From the NCBI GenBank assembly GCA_049611325.1, contig JBMZAL010000001.1, positions 1-36,248 on the forward strand: DNA of 36,248 nt, given 5' to 3'. This document shows positions 31,604-36,248 of the stretch, in pieces. The translations under genes and the position numbers were made by a program. Position 1 is the stretch's first letter; the number at the start of each line of letters is the position of its first letter. Under the pieces are notes generated by a model. The model ran no database searches. It saw only the letters and a list, made by a program, of their open reading frames with translations, and was not told the DNA's origin. This DNA comes from Flavobacteriales bacterium. Its GTDB lineage: Bacteria; Bacteroidota; Bacteroidia; Flavobacteriales_D; Sanyastnellaceae.

Positions 31604-32317
31604 TCAGGGTTTCAGAGACTGGGCTTGCAAGGCAAGGTAATGTTCGAGGCAGGTCGCACGAAGCGCGGCAAGGTCAGGCGGCACTTCTCCATGGGCCAAC
31701 GTTCGCGGCTCCCAGCCTGAGCTGCGGTGCACTCCGTCATACCAGTAAGGGGCCCAGGCGCCATCTTCAGGACGTCCCCCGGGCTGCCACGTCAGCATGC
31801 CCTTGTCCCAAGGCAATTCCAGGGAGGCACACAGGGCACGAAGGGTGTGTTCAGGTTGGGCAAACAACGATTCTGCAGTCACCACCACGGCGCGGTCTCC
31901 GGCATGTTGGAGAATGCGGTGTTGATGCGCGTAGCCCAAATCGAGCATCGTCGGACGCGCGATGTGGGCCCGGTAGGAGGGCAACACGCCATCGGGATGC
32001 CGCGTGAGAATCACGTGACGGTGGTGGGGGCCATCGACATCTGACCACGACAACCCTTCGAGGTGGTTGGCCATGTGCTTCAAGAAGAGGACGTCATCTT
32101 CTTGGCGGGGCTGCAGGCTCTGGAGTGCTGCGGTACGTGACGTGGGCATGGTGGCCAACACTTCTTCACGTGAGGGGCGTGAGACACCGGTGCAAGACAA
32201 AAAATGACCAAACAGAGGTTCGTCCATCACGCGGGTGTCCCCCCGCTCCGCAAAGCTGTACATCGTGGCCGTACTTCCGTTTCGGGGTCCCGCCCAAAGT
32301 GCCACGGTTCTCGCCAT
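31604..32317 (-). CDS. Sulfotransferase-fold (P-loop-like) protein
   Basis: LWAGPRNGSTATMY resembles the PAPS 5'-phosphosulfate loop (PK.G[ST]T). VILTRHPDGVLPSY resembles the 3'-phosphate motif (R.P.D...S). Its stop lies 3 nt from the aminotransferase ATG, and its start is 7-10 nt from the icmF stop (ATG 32317 or 32320). Confidence 0.75.
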   Translation of the reverse strand: MARTVALWAGPRNGSTATMYSFAERGDTRVMDEPLFGHFLSCTGVSRPSREEVLATMPTSRTAALQSLQPRQEDDVLFLKHMANHLEGLSWSDVDGPHHRHVILTRHPDGVLPSYRAHIARPTMLDLGYAHQHRILQHAGDRAVVVTAESLFAQPEHTLRALCASLELPWDKGMLTWQPGGRPEDGAWAPYWYDGVHRSSGWEPRTLAHGEVPPDLAALRATCLEHYLALQAQSLKP

Positions 32318-32324
32318 CATGTCC

Positions 32325-35300
32325 TCACATGTTTCGGCGGTACGCACCGCCGACTTCGAACATCGCTTCCGTCAATTGCCCCAGCGAGCACCATTTGCAG
32401 GCTTCCATCAGGACGTCAAAGATGTTCTCTCCTGACACGGCCGCGCGTTGGACCTCCGAGATGGCGTCGCCAGCCTTGGTGTTTGACATCGTGTGCAATG
32501 CGGCGAGGTTGGTGAGTTGCTGTTGCTTTTCCTCTTGCGTCGCCCGAATCACCTCGCCGGGCACCAATGTGGGAGAGCCTTCTTTGCTGAGGAAGGTGTT
32601 GACCCCAATGATGGGGTATTCACCCGTGTGCTTGAGCATCTCGTAATGCAGGCTTTCTTCTTGGATGCGCGAGCGCTGGTACATGGTCTCCATGGCCCCG
32701 AGCACGCCGCCCCGTTCGGTGATGCGGTCAAACTCGCTGAGCACGGCTTCTTCCACGAGGTCGGTGAGCTGTTCGATGATGAACGAGCCCTGGAGTGGGT
32801 TTTCGTTTTTCGCCAATCCAAGCTCCTTGTTGATGATGAGTTGAATGGCCATCGCACGCCTCACACTGGCTTCAGTAGGAGTGGTGATGGCTTCGTCGTA
32901 TGCGTTGGTATGCAGTGAGTTGCAGTTGTCGTAAATCGCATAAAGTGCCTGCAGCGTTGTGCGGATGTCGTTGAAGTCGATTTCCTGGGCGTGGAGCGAG
33001 CGGCCTGACGTTTGGATGTGGTACTTCAGCATTTGGGCGCGTGCGGAAGCGCCGTATTTCTCTCGCATCGCTTTGGCCCAAATCCGACGCGCCACTCGTC
33101 CAATCACCGCATACTCTGGGTCGATGCCGTTGGAGAAGAAGAAGCTGAGGTTGGGCCCGAACTCGTCGATGTCCATCCCGCGGCTCAAGTAGTACTCCAC
33201 GTAGGTGAATCCGTTGGCGAGCGTGAAGGCCAACTGGGTGATGGGGTTGGCGCCCGCCTCGGCAATGTGGTAGCCGCTGATCGACACGGAATAGAAATTC
33301 CGGACGTTGTGGTGGATGAAGTTGTCCTGCACGTCGCCCATGAGGCGAAGGGCAAACTCGGTGGAAAAGATGCAGGTGTTTTGGGCCTGGTCTTCCTTGA
33401 GGATGTCGGCTTGCACGGTGCCGCGAACGCTGCTCAGCGCCTCGGCTTTCAAGCCGGCGTAGGTCTTCGCGTCGAGCACTTCGTCGCCGGTGCATCCAAG
33501 CAGCAACAATCCCAGTCCGTCATTGCCTTCCGGCAAATCGCCATGGTAGGCGGGGCGGGGGAGTCCGCGGTCGTCCCATTTGGCCTTGAGGACCTTCTCG
33601 ACGTCCGCCTCCATCCCGTGCTCGCGGATGTGCTTTTCACAGCGCTGGTCGATGGCGGCATTCAAAAAGAAGCCCAACATCACGGGCGCGGGGCCGTTGA
33701 TGGTCATGGACACGCTTGTTTGGGGTGCACACAGGTCAAACCCGCTGTACAGCTTCTTCGCGTCGTCGAGGCAGCAAATGCTCACCCCGGAGTTGCCCAC
33801 CTTGCCGTAGATGTCCGGGCGCAGATCAGGGTCGCGGCCGTAAAGTGTCACTGAATCGAAGGCCGTGGACAAGCGCTTGGCCGGCATGCCGAGCGAGACG
33901 TAGTGGAAGCGCTTGTTGGTGCGCTCGGGGCCGCCTTCTCCGGCAAACATGCGCGTCGGGTCTTCGCCTTCGCGTTTGAAGGGGTAGATTCCTGCGGTGT
34001 AAGGGAAGGATCCGGGCAGGTTTTCCTGAAGGTGCCATTTGGCGAGGTCACGCCAGCCGCTGAGTGCGGGCAGGGCGACCTTGGGGATGTCTTGGTGAGA
34101 GAGCGACTTGCTCGTGGTGGGAATCCGAATGTCCTTTCCACGCACCTGAAAGACGTATTCCGAGGCGGCATAGCGCGCTTGAAGCTCTGGCCACGCCTGG
34201 AGCCAATCATACAGGCGGGCGTCCAAATCGAGTTCGAGTTGCTTTCGCGCAGCATCCAGAGCGTCATAGGCTTGACCTTCCACTTCTCCGGAGGCCGTTT
34301 GCACGGCCTGCACACGTCCGGCAAGGTCGGCTTGCTTGTCCACCCACCGGTCGTAAGCACGGTTGGTCTCTGCGATTTCGCTGAGGTAGCGCGTGCGGGC
34401 AGGAGGGATGATGAAGACCTTTTCGCATTTGCCTTGCTCGGCGGCAAACGTCGAGGTCAATGCGGCGCCTGTCTTTTCCGCCAGCGTGTTCATCATGCGA
34501 CGGTACAGTTCGTTGGTGCCAGGGTCGTTGAACTGCGAGGCGATGGTGCCCACCACGGGCAGTTCGTCGTCTTGGGCTTCCCACAAATCGTGGTTGCGCT
34601 TGAATTGTTTGCGTACGTCGCGCAGCGCGTCTTGCGCGCCCCGCTTGTCAAACTTGTTGATCGCCACCACATCCGCGAAGTCGAGCATGTCGATTTTCTC
34701 GAGCTGTGTGGCGGCCCCAAACTCGGGCGTCATCACGTACAACGACACGTCGCTGTGGTCCATGATTTCGGTGTCGCTTTGGCCGATGCCGCTTGTCTCG
34801 AGCACAATCAAATCAAACTGGGCCGCCTTCAAAATGTCGAGGGCCTCTTGGACGTGGCGGGACAGGGCGAGGTTGGATTGGCGTGTGGCGAGCGATCGCA
34901 TGTACACGCGGTCTGAGTGGATGGCGTTCATCCGGATGCGGTCGCCGAGGAGGGCGCCTCCGGTCTTCCGCTTGGAGGGGTCGACGCTCACAAGGGCGAT
35001 GCGTTTGTCGGGGAAATCGAGCAAAAAGCGCCGCACCAGTTCGTCCACCATGGAAGACTTTCCTGCACCACCTGTGCCCGTGATCCCGAGGACGGGAACG
35101 GTGGGGAGGGAGGCGCGCACCGGTTCGAACGCTTTGCCAAATGCCTCGGCGTTGTTTTCCGCAGCGGTGATGCATCGCGCGAGGTCGCGCACGTTGCGCT
35201 TGCCCAACCTGTCCATGGCGCCGTCGAGGTCGTCCAAAGAGGGCACCGTGTTGAAGTCGGCCTTCTCAATCAAATCGTTGATCATGCCCTGCAACCCCAT

Positions 35301-35687
35301 GGCGCGCCCGTCGTCCGGGTGGTAGATGCGTGCGATGCCGTAGGCGTGAAGCTCTTCGATTTCCTCAGGCAAAATCGTTCCACCGCCGCCGCCAAACACC
35401 CGAATGTGCCCTGCGCCCCGCTCGTCCAGCAAATCCTTCATGTACTTGAAGTACTCCATGTGCCCCCCCTGGTAGGAGGTCATGGCAATGGCCTGGGCGT
35501 CTTCTTGAATGGCGGTGGTCACCACCTCGTCGACGCTGCGGTCGTGCCCGAGGTGAATCACTTCGCATCCCGTCCGTTGCATGATGCGGCGCATGATGTT
35601 GATGGCCGCGTCGTGTCCGTCAAAGAGGCTGGCCGCCGTGACGATTCGGACTTTGTTCTTGGGGGTGTAGGGTGTGGCGTTCTCCAT
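32325..35687 (-). CDS. icmF: Fused isobutyryl-CoA mutase IcmF (B12-binding domain, MeaB-like GTPase, mutase barrel)
   Basis: 1120 aa. The N-terminal B12 domain is ([19 protein letters not shown]...[10 protein letters not shown]...GGGGGTI). The G-protein domain has [12 protein letters not shown] (P-loop), [11 protein letters not shown] and INKFDKRG (NKxD). The C-terminal methylmalonyl-CoA-mutase-family substrate domain has ([29 protein letters not shown], ...[23 protein letters not shown]..., DEAITTPTE). Confidence 0.93.
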   Translation of the reverse strand: MENATPYTPKNKVRIVTAASLFDGHDAAINIMRRIMQRTGCEVIHLGHDRSVDEVVTTAIQEDAQAIAMTSYQGGHMEYFKYMKDLLDERGAGHIRVFGGGGGTILPEEIEELHAYGIARIYHPDDGRAMGLQGMINDLIEKADFNTVPSLDDLDGAMDRLGKRNVRDLARCITAAENNAEAFGKAFEPVRASLPTVPVLGITGTGGAGKSSMVDELVRRFLLDFPDKRIALVSVDPSKRKTGGALLGDRIRMNAIHSDRVYMRSLATRQSNLALSRHVQEALDILKAAQFDLIVLETSGIGQSDTEIMDHSDVSLYVMTPEFGAATQLEKIDMLDFADVVAINKFDKRGAQDALRDVRKQFKRNHDLWEAQDDELPVVGTIASQFNDPGTNELYRRMMNTLAEKTGAALTSTFAAEQGKCEKVFIIPPARTRYLSEIAETNRAYDRWVDKQADLAGRVQAVQTASGEVEGQAYDALDAARKQLELDLDARLYDWLQAWPELQARYAASEYVFQVRGKDIRIPTTSKSLSHQDIPKVALPALSGWRDLAKWHLQENLPGSFPYTAGIYPFKREGEDPTRMFAGEGGPERTNKRFHYVSLGMPAKRLSTAFDSVTLYGRDPDLRPDIYGKVGNSGVSICCLDDAKKLYSGFDLCAPQTSVSMTINGPAPVMLGFFLNAAIDQRCEKHIREHGMEADVEKVLKAKWDDRGLPRPAYHGDLPEGNDGLGLLLLGCTGDEVLDAKTYAGLKAEALSSVRGTVQADILKEDQAQNTCIFSTEFALRLMGDVQDNFIHHNVRNFYSVSISGYHIAEAGANPITQLAFTLANGFTYVEYYLSRGMDIDEFGPNLSFFFSNGIDPEYAVIGRVARRIWAKAMREKYGASARAQMLKYHIQTSGRSLHAQEIDFNDIRTTLQALYAIYDNCNSLHTNAYDEAITTPTEASVRRAMAIQLIINKELGLAKNENPLQGSFIIEQLTDLVEEAVLSEFDRITERGGVLGAMETMYQRSRIQEESLHYEMLKHTGEYPIIGVNTFLSKEGSPTLVPGEVIRATQEEKQQQLTNLAALHTMSNTKAGDAISEVQRAAVSGENIFDVLMEACKWCSLGQLTEAMFEVGGAYRRNM

Positions 35688-35736
35688 GTCGTTGCGTGGG
35701 TCCCTGCGAAATTAGGCCAAACCCCGCGCCGCCCTG

Positions 35737-36246
35737 TCACCCCGCCACAGCGTCCACCCTCGGTACGGTGGACAAATCACCGTCCCACGGCCAGTCGTCC
35801 AAGATGGCTTGCCATCCCTTGGGCACAGCCGCGGTCAGCGTCAACGTCCGGTCGCCTTCGGGATGCTCCACGGCAAGTCGGCCGGCGTGCAGCAAAAGCG
35901 TGTCGACGCCGGAATGGTTGGCTACAAAACGGTTGTGCTTCTTGTCCCCGTACCTCGAATCGCCCACGATGGGGTGCCGCAAGTGCCGGAAATGAAGCCG
36001 AATCTGGTGGAAGCGGCCCGTGGAGGGGCGGCATTCCACCACGCTGTACCGCGCGGTTTCATAGGGCCCGACCGGATGGGGGAGTTCAACCCGGGCGAGG
36101 GTGCGGTAGTGCGTTTGGGCCTCCTTGGGTGTGGGGTTGTGCGCCGTGGGCAGGGGCTTCTCCACCACGCCTTCGTCCTCCGTCCAGCCACGGACCATGG
36201 CATAGTATGTCTTGGACGTGCGTCGGTGCACAAACTCGAGCTTCAG
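35737..36246 (-). CDS. truC: RluA-family pseudouridine synthase, TruC-like; 3' portion (the 5' end lies beyond the window end)
   Basis: The frame is open to the window edge (LKLEFVHRRTSKTYYAMVRGW...). TGRFHQIRLHFRHLRHPIVGDSRYGD and LLLHAGRLAVEHP match E. coli TruC (TGRKHQLRRHLAHLRHPIIGDSKHGD, LMLHASQL) as remembered. Confidence 0.88.
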   Translation of the reverse strand: MKLEFVHRRTSKTYYAMVRGWTEDEGVVEKPLPTAHNPTPKEAQTHYRTLARVELPHPVGPYETARYSVVECRPSTGRFHQIRLHFRHLRHPIVGDSRYGDKKHNRFVANHSGVDTLLLHAGRLAVEHPEGDRTLTLTAAVPKGWQAILDDWPWDGDLSTVPRVDAVAG

Positions 36247-36248
36247 GG

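Noticed and set aside
35688-35736. Possible cobalamin riboswitch upstream of the B12-dependent icmF
   Set aside because: The spacer to the upstream truC-like stop is only 49 nt, which is too short for a cobalamin riboswitch. No B12-box-like sequence was seen.

Overview
GC-rich chromosomal segment (mid to upper 50s % by eye) that looks like a marine Bacteroidota genome. Supporting signs are type A and type B T9SS C-terminal sorting domains, SprB repeats, an S46 peptidase, no Shine-Dalgarno-like leaders and hairpin terminators. I call about 24 protein genes and find no rRNA, tRNA, CRISPR, transposase or integrase. Housekeeping genes are fbaA (3' part), pgi, ribA, a DUF819 protein, an FKBP PPIase, yaaA, threonine aldolase, an S46 dipeptidyl-peptidase, an EamA transporter, a truC-like gene (5' end lies beyond the window end), and a tightly packed minus-strand operon (IcmF, sulfotransferase-fold protein, class IV aminotransferase, small membrane protein). 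Interleaved with these are six very large secreted proteins occupying roughly 16 of 36 kb. The most interesting content is this secretome. It includes a T9SS-exported protein with a complete lysyl-oxidase (LOX) catalytic domain in which the Cu-binding His triad and the LTQ Lys/Tyr are conserved. That protein also carries dockerin-like and cohesin-like modules, and a T9SS-exported LTD-CotH kinase-like protein follows immediately. The set further contains an M43 (pappalysin/cytophagalysin-type) metalloprotease with about 9 composite thrombospondin-type-3/Cys-motif repeats. There is also a 9-module CBM-like protein next to a sugar MFS transporter. Two proteins lack any T9SS domain and instead end in the same single EF-hand/dockerin-like tail. 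One ~22-24 aa Cys motif (GCTxPxAxNY..A..DDGSC) recurs in four genes, including a 7 x 72-nt tandem array, and a second module (TD-W..E..W ... D..GDG) recurs in three. All functional assignments come from reading the translations against remembered family signatures. No searches were run.
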